Shown piece by piece: positions 63,101 to 64,000 of a stretch of DNA of 64,000 nt; the stretch's first letter is position 1, and each line of letters begins with the position of its first letter. Origin of the DNA: Podospora anserina (lineage: Eukaryota); contig CM030334.1 of assembly GCA_017654855.1 (NCBI GenBank), forward strand, positions 806,001-870,000, given 5' to 3'. Below the pieces are notes generated by a model, which was not told the DNA's origin, did no database searches, and was given only the letters and a program-made list of their open reading frames with translations. A program made the translations under genes and the position numbers.

Positions 63101-64000
63101 CTTAATGCCAGGTTGCATCTTGTTTGTACAGCATCTAAATCAAACGCCATTACCTACTCAGCTCATTTCATCAACTTGATAACAACCCAGCTGGTTTACC
63201 AGACAAGGAACCACCCTCCATCAGGGTATTCATCTGTACCTCTGAGTCGTTGGCTGGATTCATCGCCATCACTCTGACTCTTGTTCCTTATACCGTCAGT
63301 TTCTCTGCCGTCCGAGTCAACCAAGTACACAGTCGGCATCTTAAGTCTCCGCCACCTCCATCTTCGTTTGTGTCTCTCCATAGGAAAAAAGTATTCCTGG
63401 CATCTGGAGCTTTTCTCCCATGGAAGGAGGCCAGCAGCAGGACAGGCCATCCCCCCACTCGTCAGGATGGGTATACCTCTTAATGCCCGATTCATTGAGA
63501 TTTGACGGGCTCTTTCTTACAGCTTACCTTGAACCTCCAGCATGCCACCAGGAACTGCTCCTAGCCTCCTCTTCCCCGAGTAATGTTGCGAGAGAAAAGC
63601 CGGGAATCAGCAATGACGAGAATTCGACCAAGATCCTACCATCGCAGCAGCAGCCGCCCTGTTTCAAGTTAGCGATGCCGAGTCCTCGTCGCAAAAAATC
63701 AACACCAAATCAATAGAAACAGTCGTCAACAAAGTGAAAAGCCAAACGCCAAGCAAGTAGACAAATAAAAAAAGGGTATCTTCGGGCTTCGCTGAAAAAT
63801 AGTAAAAATAAAGCAAAGGACAATAGGAGAAAGACCAAAGGAGAAGAAGAGAAAGGCCGGCTTTGGTGTCTTCTCCAGCTCTAGGGGAGAAAAAAGAGAT
63901 GGAATAGTTTGAGTGTCTTCCCCAACTCTGAGCCGACCTGACCATTCAGTTTGAAGAGCAGTGGAAGTATTCCCAACACCTCGAAGGGTTCATTCCGGAT

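Noticed and set aside
60200-64000. Possible transposon or LTR relic
   Set aside because: No terminal repeats, target-site duplications or transposase/RT motifs were visible.

Overview
This is eukaryotic DNA from a filamentous ascomycete. Short GT-AG introns with CT(A/G)AC branch points and the gene content suggest Sordariales, possibly Podospora-like; the taxon is an inference. Left part (1-33 kb): an S41-peptidase gene with several frameshifts, tRNA-Gln(CUG), an RQT4/ASC-1 C2HC5 zinc-finger gene, an SDR, a long Hst3/4-class sirtuin, two decayed genes, a small mitochondrial-type membrane protein, a SET/MYND methyltransferase, a ~1270-aa coiled-coil orphan, two neighbouring secreted proteins sharing an unnamed Thr-rich 4-Cys module, and a Zn2Cys6 transcription factor. 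Middle (35-50 kb): a compact housekeeping block of three divergent pairs (LAT1/SEC7, HSM3-like/RPC31, NUP49/FIP1). Right part: a ~12-exon gene fusing an apparently inactive SesB-like alpha/beta-hydrolase, ankyrin repeats and a CorA-like membrane domain lacking GMN, followed by ~6.5 kb of gene-poor, decayed sequence. I found no supportable intact transposon, rRNA or CRISPR array. All family assignments come from motif recognition by eye; no database searches were run.
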